Assembly: GCA_013265495.1 (NCBI GenBank)
Contig: MU058781.1
Location: 7,302,098 to 7,352,652 of the forward strand
Reading direction: 5' to 3'
From: Vicugna vicugna
Lineage: Eukaryota
Length of the DNA stretch: 50,555 nucleotides
Part shown: piece by piece, positions 1-12,057 of the stretch
Layout: every line of letters starts with the position of its first letter
How positions within the stretch are numbered: the first letter of the stretch is position 1
Notes under the pieces: generated by a model
The model's input: the letters and a program-made list of their open reading frames with translations, nothing else
Told to the model about the DNA's origin: nothing
Database searches by the model: none
Position numbers and translations under genes: made by a program

Positions 1-408
1 CTGTTGTTGATTTCCAGTTTCATGGCATTGTGGTCAGTAAAGATGCTTGAGATAATTTCTATCTTCTTAAATTTGTTGAGGTTTCTTTTGTGTCCAAGTA
101 CATGATCGATCCTGGAAAATGTTCCATGTGCACTTGAAAAGAATGTATATTCTATTTTTTGGGGGTGTAATGCTCTGAAAATATCCACCAAATCTAGTTT
201 TTCTATTGTAGTATTTAATTTCTCTGTTGCCTTGTTTATTTTCTGTCTGGAAGATCTGTCTAGTGATGTTAATGCAGTGTTAAAATCTCCAACTATGATT
301 GTATTCCCATCAATATCGCCCTTTATCTCTGTTAGTAATTCTTGTATGTACTTAGGTGCTCCTATATTGGGTGCATATATATTAACGAGTGTAATATCTT
401 CATCTTTT
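1..408 (-). mobile_element. Young LINE-1, ORF2 endonuclease domain; 5'-truncated near 408, continues left of the window
   Basis: The minus strand translates without stops to EDITLVNIYAPNIGAPKY...IIVGDFNTALTSLDRSSRQKINK...FFSSAHGTFSRIDHVLGH...TDHNAMKLEINN, the hallmark L1 APE-like endonuclease motifs. Confidence 0.95.
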
Positions 409-419
409 ATCACTCATTT

Positions 420-1312
420 ATGTTTCTTTGTGTAGGTCTTATTCATTCATTTTCATTGTTGTGTAATCATATGTTATATTTATGTTTCATAGTTTATGCA
501 TTTTCTATTGATTGGCATTTAAATTATTTCTATTTTCTTACTATTAATATCTTTCTATTTATCTTCATATGCACATATGAAAGAGTTTTTATAAGATGTA
601 TTTAAAGAGTGAATTGTTGGATTTTAAGGTAAATGAATCTTAATTTTTACTAGATATTGTCCAAATCCTCCAAACTGAGAATAGCAATTTTCTCTTCCAC
701 CACAAATGTTGAAGGTGCAAGTTGCTAGTATTCTTTCCAGCACTTGATTTTGTCAGATTTTTAATATTTCCAATGTGATCCATGTGAAGTGGTATCCCAT
801 GGTGATTTAAATTTGTATTTTCTTACTGTTAAAGTTTACCATGGTTTCAAATGTTTACTGTCATTCCTTATTCTTTCTTTCTTTTTTAAATTGCTTCTTT
901 ATTTATTTTGGGAGTATTTTTCTTTTGAGTTATCTTTTTGATTTGAAAAAAAACTTTGTATATTCTAGACACCAACACTTTGTCAGTTATATGCAGATTT
1001 CTTTCTCAGTTTATAGCATGTCCCTTTATTCTATTTATGGTATTTTTATGTGGTAGAAATTGCTAATTTTGTAATAGTTTAATTTTCAGTATTTTTCTTT
1101 GTTGTCATTATTTTGAATCATGTTTTAAAAATTATTCCCTATCTTGAGGTAAAAAATATTCCTTTATTTTCTTCTGAATGTTTTCAGTTTTGACTTTTAT
1201 AGTTGTGTCTTTAATGTAATTAAATGACTGCAGCATATATATCAGATAAATATTCAATTTTACTTATTTTTTTGAGATAGATTATCAATGTTCCCAGCTA
1301 GCACTATTTATT
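420..1312 (-). mobile_element. Ancient L1M (L1ME-like) 3' ORF2 remnant, left part; interrupted by the young L1 at 1313
   Basis: Degenerate antisense L1 motifs (gtgaagtggtatcccatggtgatttaaatttgtatttt); the sequence resumes at 3283 after the TSD. Confidence 0.7.
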
Positions 1313-3282
1313 TAACATTTTTTATTGATTTATAATCATTTTACAATGTTGTGTCAAATTCCAGTGTAGAGCACAATTTTTCAGTTATACATGAACACAT
1401 ATGTATTCATTGTCACATTTTCTTCTCTGTGAGCTACCATAAGATCTTGTGTATATTTCCCTGTGCTATACAGTATAATCTTGTTTATCTATTCTACAAT
1501 TTTAAAATCCTGTCTATCCTGTCCCACCCTCCACCCCCTTGGCAACCACAAGTTTGTATTCTATGTCTATGAGTCTGTTTCTGTTTTGTATCTATGTATT
1601 TTTTTTATTCCACATATGAGCGATCTCATATGGTATTTTTCTTTCTCTATCTGGCAATCTGGCTTACTTAGAATGACATTCTCCAGGGACATCCATGTTG
1701 CTGCAAATGGCATTATGTGGTCATTTTTATGGCTGAATAGTATTCCACTGTATAAATATACCGCCACTTCTTTATCCAGTCATCTGTTGATGGACATTTA
1801 GGCTGTTTCCATGTCTTAGCTATTGTAAATAGTGCTGCTATGAACATTGGGGTGCAGGTGTCTTTTTGAAGTAGGGATCCTTCTGGATATATGCCCAGGA
1901 GTGGGATTCCTGGGTCATATGGTAAGTCTATTCCTAATCTTTTGAGGAATCTCCATACTGTTTTCCACAGTGGCTGCACCAGACTGCATTCCCACCAGCA
2001 GTGTAGGAGAGTTCCCTTTTCTCCACAGCCTGTCCATCATTTGTCATTTGTGGGCTTTTGAATGAGGGTCATTCTGACTGGTGTGAGGTGATACCTCATT
2101 GTAGTTTTGATTTGCATTTCTCTGATAATTAGTGATACCGAGCATTTTTTCATGTGCCTATTGATCATTTGTATGTCTTCCTTGGAGAATTGCTTGTTTA
2201 GGTCTTTTGCCCATTTTTGAATTAGGTTGTTTTTTTCTTATTAAGTCATATGAGCTGCTTATATATTTTGGAGATCAAGCCTTTGTCAGTTTCATTTGCA
2301 AAAATTTTTTCCCATTTCGTAGGTTGTCATTTTGTTTTACTTACGGTTTCCTTTGCTGTGCAGATGCTCGTGAGTTTCATTAGGTCCCATTTGTTTATTC
2401 TTGCTTTTATTTCTATTGCTTGAGTAGACTGTTCTAGGAGAACATTTTTGAGATGTATGTCAGATAATGTTTTGCCTATATTTTCTTCTAGGAGGTTTAT
2501 TGTATCTTGTCTTATGTTTAAGTCTTTGATCCATTTTGAGTTTATTTTTGTGTATGGTGTAAGGGAGTGTTCTAGCTTCATTGCTTTACATGCTGCTGTC
2601 CAGTTTTCCCAACACCATTTGCTGAAGAGACTGTCTTTATTCCATTGTATATTCTTGCCTCCTTTGTTGAAGATGAGTTGACCAAAAGTTTGCGGGTTCA
2701 TTTCTGGGCTCTCTATTCTGTTCCATTGGTCTGTATGTCTGTTTTTGTACCAATACCATGCTGTCTTGGTGACTGTAACTCTATAGTATTGTCTGAAGTC
2801 TGGGAGAGTTATTCCTCCAGCCTCTTTCTTTCTCTTCAGTAATGCTTTGGCAATTCTAGGTCTTTGATGGTTCCATATAAATTTTATTATGATTTGTTCT
2901 AGTTCTGTGAAATATGTCCTGGGTAATTTGATAGAGATTGCATTAAATCTGTAGATTGCCTTGGGCAGTGTGACCATTTTAGCAATATTGATTCTTCCAA
3001 TCCAAGAGCATGGGATATCTTTCCATTTCTTAAAGTCTTCTTTAATTTCCTTCATCAATGGTTTATAGTTTTCCATGTATAAGTCTTTCACCTCCTTGGT
3101 TAGATTTATTCCTAGGTATTTTATTACTTTGGGTGCTATTTTAAAGGGAATTGTTTCTTTACTTTCTTTTTCTGTTGATTCATCGTTAGTGTAAAGAAAT
3201 GCAACTGATTTTTGGACGTTAATTTTGTAACCTGCTACCTTGCTGAATTCTTCGATCAGCTCTAGTAGTTTTTGTGTGGACC
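1313..3282 (-). mobile_element. Young 5'-truncated LINE-1 (~2 kb: ORF2 C-terminal region and 3'UTR)
   Basis: ORF2 peptides in ORFs 2327..3091, 1713..1979 and 1567..1767 ([42 protein letters not shown]). TSD tagcactatttatt at 1299-1312 and 3288-3301. Target reads TTTATT/GA, near the L1 EN consensus. Confidence 0.96.
2327..3091 (-). pseudogene. Uninterrupted 254-aa segment of L1 ORF2p (post-RT region); promoterless
   Basis: Provided ORF with typical L1 ORF2p motifs ([46 protein letters not shown]). Confidence 0.9.
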
Positions 3283-3545
3283 CCAGGTAGCACTATTTAT
3301 TGAACAAGCCATCCTTTCTTCATTAATTTGGAATTCCTCTTATGTCACAGATAGACTTTCCACACATGTGTGTTCTTCTAGGTTCTGTATTCTGTTCCAT
3401 TGGTCTATGTGTCTATTTCTGAGCCAAAGCCTCACTATCTTATTTACTATACCTTAATAACAAGCCTTGATATTGAAAAGGCAAGTCCCTCCACTTTATT
3501 ATTGTTCTTCAGAATTTTCTTGTAATAATCTTGGTCTTTTGCATG
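3283..3545 (-). mobile_element. Ancient L1M remnant, right part (continuation of 420-1312)
   Basis: Antisense ORF2 motif ttctgttccattggtctatgtgtctattt follows the right TSD. Confidence 0.7.
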
Positions 3546-3785
3546 CAATGACTCTTGATTTGTTGCAGCTACAGTGAATTTTCTTTAACCTTCCTTCTAC
3601 CTTGAGTCACTCTCTCAGAGTTTAGACTCCTAAACTAGAACTTTTAATTGACTAAACTCAGGTCACACACTTGCACTCTAATTACCAAGTATGTGAAGAA
3701 GTATTTTCTGCCTTCAGTTTGCCGTGGTAGAAAGCGGGGCCCTGCTTTTCAGCTATCCTTGGACTCCATTCAAATAGGAAGATTA

Positions 3786-4288
3786 GTATTTTGGCTGTCT
3801 GCTGTTGCATGCCAATTTATGCCAAAGCCTAGTGGCTTAAAATAACAATCATTTTATTGTCAGATGATGATTTTTGGGGGCAGAGTTTAGCTAGGTGACT
3901 TTTATGTTCCACATGTTATCAGCTAAAGTCGATCAGTGGGGGTACCTGATCAGGTCTGGAGAATCACATGTCTGGTGTCCTGCTGGGAACACCTGGAAAG
4001 CTAGGCTCAGCTGGGACTGTTCATTCGTGTCTGCACAGGGCCTCCCCAGCTTGGTGGTCTCAGGGTTTTCATACTTACATGGGTCTTAGGGAGAGAGTGT
4101 TCCAAAAGACAGGAAGTAGAAGCTACCAGTTTTTAAAGGCTTTGGCCTGGAAACAAACAGGGTCACTTCTGCTGTTTCTATTAGTCAAAGCAATCAGAGA
4201 CAGTCCGGGTTCAAAAAGAAAGGACATGGGCTACACCTTTTGATGGGAGGAAAATTAAAGAATTTTCTGCCATCTTTAATCTGCCATA
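3786..4288 (-). mobile_element. MaLR solo LTR (MLT1J/K-like)
   Basis: ctagtggcttaaaataacaatcattt ... gtcacttctgctgtttctattagtcaaagca ... ttgatgggagg ... catctttaatctgccata are typical antisense MLT1 blocks. Confidence 0.75.
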
Positions 4289-4569
4289 ATGAGTTTAGTT
4301 GCTGGGCAGCCAAAATGTCTCATGTCCACTAAAATAAGGTCAATTTTCTCATTTCTTTCAGAAATAAAAAGACCATGTTGTATTTTCTTTCAGTGGTCTA
4401 TCTTAATACCTTGTAAACCTTATCTTGTAGGGCCAAGAGATCAATAATTAAATTCATCAATAAGGGATCTGATACAGGAATGAGTTGAGTGAATGGCTCC
4501 AAATAGTTCTGGAGTAAGAGGAATTTATCCATAGTATTTGGAATCATTAGAAATTAAGTAAATGTTCTC

Positions 4570-4770
4570 AGTCTTGTTAGACTTTAATTAAAGACTCATA
4601 TCTGTCTTGGCTTTGCCACTGCCTGACAGCGTAAATCTTATGTAAGTTATCTGGATCATAGGCTTCTCATTTGAAAATGTGTTTCTTATCATGTATCCTA
4701 CCTACCAGATGACGCTGTAATGCTGATGTGAAAGTAAAATGTAAAGTATATAAAAGCCTTTTGAAAATTA
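4570..4770 (+). mobile_element. MIR SINE remnant
   Basis: Degenerate MIR core (cttggctttgccact...gtaagtta...ttctcatttgaaaatg). Confidence 0.5.
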
Positions 4771-4835
4771 AAAGAACACTGATTCAAATCATTATATCCT
4801 ATTAGTAATATTTACATATAAAGCGTTTAACTCTA

Positions 4836-5279
4836 TTGTTTTTTAGATTCCACATATGAGTGAAGTCATGTCTTTTTGTGTCTGACTTACTTCACTAAGC
4901 ATCATGCCTTCAGGGTCCATCCGTGTTGTCACAAATAACAAGATTTCATTCTTAAAAAGAAAAAAAAAAGAACAAAAACAAAACTTACAGTTACAGGGAA
5001 CAAACTGGTGTTTGCTGGTGAGGAGGGGTGTTGTGAGGAGGGTGACGTAGGTAAAGGGGATCAAGAGGTAAAAACCATCAGTTATAAAATAAGTAGTGTA
5101 CAGCATGGTGACTATAGTCAGTAACACTATATTGCAAATTTGAAAGTTGCTCTCATCACAAGGAAAAAGATCTTTGTATAATGACAGACTTACTGTGGTG
5201 ATCATTGTGAAATGTAGACACATGTTGTACACCTGAAACTAATGGAATGTATGTTAATTATACTATAGTAAAAAAAAAA
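4836..5279 (+). mobile_element. Short L1 3' end with 5' inversion (twin priming): inverted ~4836-4953, sense ~4954-5279 with A tail
   Basis: The antisense block (tttagattccacatatgagtga...gatttcattc) is followed by the sense sequence that lies next in L1 and an A10 tail. Degenerate TSD aaagcgtttaactct (4820-4834) vs aaaaagtttaattct (5275-5289). Confidence 0.8.
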
Positions 5280-5899
5280 GTTTAATTCTGTAAAAGTGAA
5301 CTACAGTTCCTTAAGTTTTTTGACAAATCATACTGCCAGTTTTGCTGTGGGACTTGTTATCTCCTCAAAGGCAGCCATTTGGAGGTTGAAAGAAGTAAAT
5401 TATTTTCGTTACAGCTGCATGTGTTCCTGGTACACAAAAACAAAATGATCTATAGACTCAAAAATAAATGTTATTTTGGTTAGATCATATCAAGGATCAA
5501 ACTGTCTTCTCCAGTTTCCAGTAGAATTGATCAAAAAATATAAAAATAGATAAAAATTCCTACCTCCACGGGAAAACTAGAAAGAGCGTCATACATGTTT
5601 CAGTAATTTTTAAGAATGACCATTCTTCCTGTGAGAGCACGAGGCTTCTGAGAACACAGTGATTAGAGGACACGTTATTGAAAGTCTGCAGTGGTCTGCA
5701 GTGTGGAGGTGTAAAGTCAGGCTACTTGCCACCGGAGACACAGGAAGACAACTTGGTAGAAACTGCTCAAAAATGGGTGCAGGGCGATTTTACTCGCCGA
5801 AAGCTTCCACAGCACGTGTCTGGCCAGATCATGACAAGGCTTTTCCTCTAATGAACAAAGCATAAAAGCCATCAAAGGGAAACTGCAGGAAGAAAGAAA

Positions 5900-7132
5900 G
5901 GGCTTGCCCCTTCCCTCCATCCCCCACCCCCTCAAAACCCACAATAAACTGGAGACTTTAGAATGTTTTGTATTTTCAGATGGAAATTGTATCTACTTAA
6001 ATTTAGAACACAGACATAAAGAAGGAAAGATATGAGATTAGTATATAATACTTGGAAATGTGAAAAATGATCGATACTTCAGAAACTGAAATGAAAGTAG
6101 CAAATAGATTATACACTGCATAAAATTGAATTAAGGAAGTAGAATGAAATGTTTGTGATATTCACCCAGTTTTCAAAGGAAAAGGATAAATATATAAAAA
6201 TGAGTTGGCCTAACATGATATCAAGGTGTTCCAATCTGGGTATAACAGGAATCTGCTAACCAGAGAAATAAGAGAAGGCAGCTTTCTTAAGTTGAAGGAA
6301 GTTTTGTATCTGCCAGTTCAAGGGCTCATTGGTGGATAAGATTTATATAAAAAACAGGCTGAAGTCTCATCCTGGTAATATTTTTTAAACATAGTGGAAA
6401 AAAATCTTTCAAGTTTTCAGATGATTGCAATGAACTTTCTCATATCAAATATCTCTAGGGCAAAGAATAAAAGTATTAGTGAAGGCTCTTATACCACATG
6501 TCCAAATATTAGTAAGATAATCAGAATTAGATTATTAATAAAAAAATTAGAATCGTGTTTAAAAATTATTTAAAGAGAAGACTAATAAAACTTAAGAAAA
6601 ACAAGTAATATGTTTTGAACAAAAATCAATTATCTTTGAAGTCATCTTTGGCTGAGAAGTAAATGATGGCAACTAGGATGTCAATAGACAGTTTCCTTCT
6701 TGGTCACTCAAGAGTAGAGTTTCAGATATGATTTTAGCATCCTAAATTAATCACAAGGAAAATTAAGATAGGCTGGAAGTCTAGGGGAAAAAGAACAAAA
6801 ACGTTAAGAGTTAATGTAACAAAATAGTTCAAAGGAAGACTAACAATTTTTAAAAATTAAAGTAATAACCATGATATTACCAGTAATGCTAAGTGTTTCA
6901 GGAATGGTAGGTAAATGTGTATTTAGTATATACAGATCCTTGGATTAGATTTTAAAGTAAGCTCCACTTAATAGAGAGACTTAAAACCGAATAACTAGAA
7001 GTATTTTAAGTAGGAAAATGGGAAAAGATATATCAGGCAAATGGAAAGAAATGAGGTTTAACTCTATTTATAGCCACCGAAACGGATGACAGTTAGGTTT
7101 TATTTAAAGGATGCAAGAATGATTTAGTATTT
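5900..7132 (+). mobile_element. Ancient L1M (ORF1 and early ORF2 remnants), left part
   Basis: A-rich degenerate ORF1-like sequence, an EN-like segment (aaaatgggaaaagatatatcaggcaaat ~ WKKIYQAN) and an RT-like segment (agttaggttttatttaaaggatgcaagaatg). Confidence 0.6.
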
Positions 7133-8810
7133 AAAATTTTTAATTTGTATTTTTTTATTGAAGCACAGTTAATTTACAATATTGTATTAGTTTCAGATAT
7201 ACAGCATAGTGATTCAGTACTTTTATAGATTATACTCCATTAAAAATTATTACAAAATGATGGCTATAATTCCCTGTGCTGTCAGTATATCTTCATTGCT
7301 TTTCTGTTTTATACATAGTAGTTTATACCTCTTAATCCCATACCCATATCTTGCTCTTCACTGATTCCCTCTCCCCACTGGTATCCACTCGTTTGTTTTC
7401 TATATCTGTGAGTCTGTTTCTATTTTGCTATATACATTTGTTTGTTTTATTTTTTGGATTCCACATGCAAGTGATATTATGCAGTATTTGTCTTTCTGTG
7501 TTTGACTTATTTCACTAATAGGGTTAGTAATATTCTAATATTCTCTAGGTCTGTCCATGTTGCTGCAAATGGCAGAATTTCATTCTTTTATGGCTGAGTA
7601 ATATTCCATTGTGTGTGATATACACACACACACACACCACATCTTCTTTATCCAGTCATCTGTTTATGGACACGGGTTGTTTTCATGTATTGGCTGTTGT
7701 AAACAGTGCTGCTATAGACATTGGGTTGCATGTATCTTTTCAAATTAGTGTTTTTGTTTTTTTCCAGGTATATTCCCAGGAGTGGAATTGCTGGTAGTGG
7801 AATCATATGGTAGTTCTATTTTCAGTATTTTGAGCAACCTCCATACTGTTTCCCTTGCTGGCTGCACCAATTTACATTCCCACCAACAGCGTACAAGGGT
7901 TTCCTTTTTCCCCACATTCTCACCGACATTTGTGATTTGTAGACTTTTTGATGATAGCCATTCTGACAGGTGTGAGGTGATATCTCATTGTGGTTTTGAT
8001 TTGCATTTCTCTAATAATTAGTGATGTTGAGCATCTTTTCATGTGCTTATTAGCCATCTGTATGTCTTCTTTGGAAAAACGTCTGTTTAGGTCTTCTGCT
8101 CATTTTTTGATTGGGTTGTTTGCGGGTTTTTTTGATATTGAGTTGTATGAGCTGTTGGATATTATGTTGGCTATTAACCACTTGCCGGTCATATCTTTTG
8201 CAAATAATTTCTCCCCTTGTCTTTTTGTTTTGTTTATGGTTCCCTGTGCTATACCGAAGCCTTTAAGTTTAATTAGGTCTCATTGGTTTATTTTGCTTTT
8301 ATCTCTTTCACCTTAGGAGACAGATCTACATAAATATTGCTATGATTTATGCCAAAGAGTGTGATCCTCTGACTGCCCCCTAGGCCCTACCTCTGGGGCA
8401 AGCCAGTGCAGGCATGCTTCTTAGGAGTGAAGTTCAGGCTTCCCACAGCTCTCCTGGTAGTCCCAGTGGTCCTCCAACCAGCCAAGGGTTGTCTCCCCTT
8501 TGTAGGAGCTCAGGACTGGGGTGTCCAGTCTGTGGCTCTTGCTGCTTCCTCCCCAGGGTGGGTCTCTGCCCGAGTATGCTCCCACTTTCCTCTGAGTTCC
8601 CTCCCAGAGGCACAGGTCCCAATCTGATCACTTTTCTCCCCTTTCTACCTGATTTGTGTATCTTTCTTACAGCCTTGGTTATAGAGGCTTTCTGCCAGTT
8701 TCCAGTTAGCTTTTAGTGAGAATTGTTCCACATCTAGATGTATTTTTGATGTGTTCATAGTGGGAGGTTAGTTCCATGTCCTCCTGCTCAGCCATCTTGA
8801 TCGTTCCCCC
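7133..8810 (-). mobile_element. Internally deleted LINE-1: 5'UTR start (8363-8810) joined directly to late ORF2 and 3'UTR (7133-8362)
   Basis: The sense 5' end gggggaacgatcaagatggc carries a YY1 motif (+ gccatcttg, 8791-8799). The 3' end is a T-rich tail at 7133. Identical TSD gatttagtattt at 7121-7132 and 8811-8822, with the TTTT/AA EN site at 8821-8826. Confidence 0.88.
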
Positions 8811-10370
8811 GATTTAGTATTTTTAAACTATTAATATATCAAATTAATTAATCAAAAAGGGGTAACAAAAAGCTTAATAAGCACCTTAATAGGTTCTAAA
8901 AAGGCACCAAAAGTCAGTTAACATTCTTCATTAAAAATAAAATCTTAGCAAACTAGATACCTTGATATTAAAAAGCTACACATTCTATAGTAGAAGTCAG
9001 TGTGATGCATAGTGATGATACAGTCCCAGAGAGTTCAGCAACTGGCAAAGACGCCCGCTACTATCATGATTATTTTACATTATTCTGGAGGTTACTAATG
9101 CACTGAGGTAGAAAGCCATGGCTATCAAAATGCCTATGGGAAGGGAGAATACAGAATTCTCACAATTATAGGTGGGTAGAGCCAGGAAATTCAAGAAAAC
9201 AAAATTGATAATCACATTAAAACATAGCTCAGCTATATGGCCAGATTAAAAACACGCAGAAATTAGTAACCTCACTAGAAACCTGGAATAAACATTCAGA
9301 ATATCTAGTGAAAAAATGTAGGCCAAAGAATAACAAATATGTAAAACACAGGCAGGAATAAATTAACAAAAAATGTAGCTAAATCAAAAGTTTACTGAAT
9401 GACAGGAAATTTTAATAAGTAGAGTAAAATATTGTGGTGAGGATTTATAGAGAAGCAGTTTCCCTAAATTCATTTCTCATGTGAATACGATTTCAGTAAA
9501 AGTCTGAAAATCTAAGCATAATGTTTTAAACAAAATGCTTCCAAATGTATATTGAATAATAAATTGGAAAGAATATTTAAGAAACTTCTGGGAAAAGGGA
9601 TAAATTTATTATAAGGATGAACTTTTCCTCAAATATTGACATTTTTGTATATATTGAAAATATGAGCTTCTGTGACATTATAATTAAGTAAGCATCTAAT
9701 TTGCTGAAAATTAAAATAATTTTGGGTTCTTTTCCTGGACTTCAGAAGGAAAAGGGTGCTTTTTCAGTAATTATTGCAACTATAAATATCAAACATTGAA
9801 AGTCATTTTCAGGAATAATTTCATTTATAATAAGAAATAGCAAAAACCAAGTGCTGATCACTAGGAATGTCTTCTACACTTTACATTTAAAAACATCCTA
9901 AGTGAAATGAAAAGTAAAATGACAAAAGGGAAATGTATTTGCAACATATGACAAATGGTTAGTATCAACTAATTAATATACATCATTATAAATATCATTA
10001 ATAATACAAAGTTCACACAAAAATCAATAAAATAACCTCCTTTTAAAAAGAGACTGTTTTATCCCACAAGGGTAGCAAGTGGTCCAAAAGTTCATTTTTA
10101 TAAGTAATAGAATCAGATTAAATCAAATATAAATGTTTAAAATTTCATTCTATAATTTGAAAATGTGAATATCCAGTTTTGGCAAAGTTATGGAGAAATA
10201 TATACTTTTCTTTGTATGTTGCTGGTAGTAGCACATATAATAACATATATATGTAATACGTATATAAAATGTATTATATATAATCTCCTTTATGTACATA
10301 TTTTTATACCTTTTTTTTCACCCCATCTAGGAATTTATTGAAAGGAAAGAATAAGAAATGTACAGAAAAT
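8811..10370 (+). mobile_element. Ancient L1M ORF2 remnant, right part
   Basis: Degenerate RT-region sequence continues across the TSD (tcttagcaaactaga..., ttttacattattctggaggt...), followed by C-terminal-region remnants. Confidence 0.6.
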
Positions 10371-10864
10371 GCTTTTTACTTTAAAAATGTCTTTATTAGG
10401 TATTTTAAAATTATAATACATTCTTGTTATAATACATAAAATGATACAATACGAAATGTATAGACGCAAAGTGAATTGTCTTCCCTTGCCTGCTTCCTGC
10501 CTATGCCTGTCATTCCGCTGTGGACATCAGTTTTAGTGGTATGATATACATCCTTCTACACCTTTTTCCTTGTCCAAATGAGTATATATGGCATATTATG
10601 TAAGGGGATTTGGTTGGTTGTTAGTAAAGACATGGTTTATTTTAATACATGCATTATTCTGTAGTGTCCTTTTTTCACTTATCAATATATTGTAGACATT
10701 TCTAGAAATCAGTAAATACAGATCTGACTTGCTTTTCCAATCCAAAAGCACACAAATATTTTATATGTATTTATTATCGTGATATAGTGATAACGTTATA
10801 ATGATATATATTATGTATGATTATCTTATATACATATAAGATAACTAAATACTTTCTTATCAAT

Positions 10865-12057
10865 CTCTCACACACCAAGCCAATATTTCCCCTGCCCTAA
10901 ATCAACCCAGGTACCAGGGAACTAAAGACGACCTCTGTGCCCAAGGGCCCACCAGAAGTATTCAAACTAGCCAATCCTAAGCTGCTCACCCTCCTCTGCC
11001 CTGCCTTTCCTATAGAAATCCCAACAAAGTCTCTGTGCTTGGCCTTCCCCTCACTGCTGTCTTCTGCCTCCTGACCATCTGGTGCTTCCCATGTGGCTCT
11101 GCATGGCACATAATGACCACCTCTCTGGGACCTGTGAGTGTACAGGCACACCTCAGAAATATTGTGGGTTTGGTTCAGACCACCACAATAAAGCGAGTAT
11201 CACAGTAAAGCAAGTCACATGAATATTTTGGTTTCCCAGTGTGTATAAAAGTTATGTTTACATGATGCTGTAGCCTGTTAACTGTGCAATAGCATTATGT
11301 GAAAAAGAGCAATGTATATACCTTAATTAAAAAATACTTTGTTGGTAAAAACTGCTATCCATCATCTGAGACTTCACTGAGCTGTAATCTTTTATGCTGG
11401 TGGAGGGTCTTGCCTTGATATTAACGGCTGTTGACTGATCAGGGTGGTGGTTACTGAAGATAGGGGCGGCTGTGGCAATTTCTTAAAGTAGACAATGATG
11501 TTGCTGCATCGATTGATACTTCCTTTCACAAACCATTTCTTTGTAGTGTGCAATGCTGTTAGATAGCATTTTACCCACAGTAGAACTTCTTTCAAAATTG
11601 CAGTCCTCTCAATACAGCCCTCTTAGACCCTGCCATTGCATTATCAACTAAATTTATGTAATATTCTAAAGCCTTTGTTGTCATCTCAGCACCCTTCACA
11701 TCCCCTTCGCCAGGAATAGATTCCATCTCAAGAAACCCCTTAACTTTGCTCACGCATGAGGAGCAACTCCTTACCTACTAAAGCTTTATAACGAATATAT
11801 GACAATAATGAAAAAGTTGGAAATATTGCAAGAATTACAAGAATGTGTCACAGAGTCATAAAGTGAGCAAATACTGTTGGAACAATGGAGCCGATAGACT
11901 TGCTGGATGCAAGGTTGCCACAAACCATCAATTTGCCACAAATCATCATAAAACAAGTTACGCCTATAATGAACTTCTTTCCATGCCTCGTTCTTGTTTC
12001 TTCCTGGGGCCTTACGGACTTTATGGTACCATATCTAACACAAACATTCTTGGAACA
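10865..12057 (+). mobile_element. ERVL-class solo LTR (MER74-like), interrupted by Tigger1 at 11143-11966
   Basis: attcaaactagccaatcctaag...ctggtgcttcccatgtggc...ctgtgagtg upstream; the LTR resumes at 11969 and ends ...ggaaca. Confidence 0.65.
11143..11966 (-). mobile_element. Tigger1 (TcMar) DNA transposon, internally deleted, both ends retained
   Basis: TA|caggcacacctcagaaatattgtgggtttggttcagaccacc matches the Tigger1 3' terminus. The other end is aaaacaagttacgccta|TA. TA TSDs at 11141-11142 and 11967-11968. Transposase C-terminal remnant ([16 protein letters not shown]) near 11550-11597. Confidence 0.9.
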
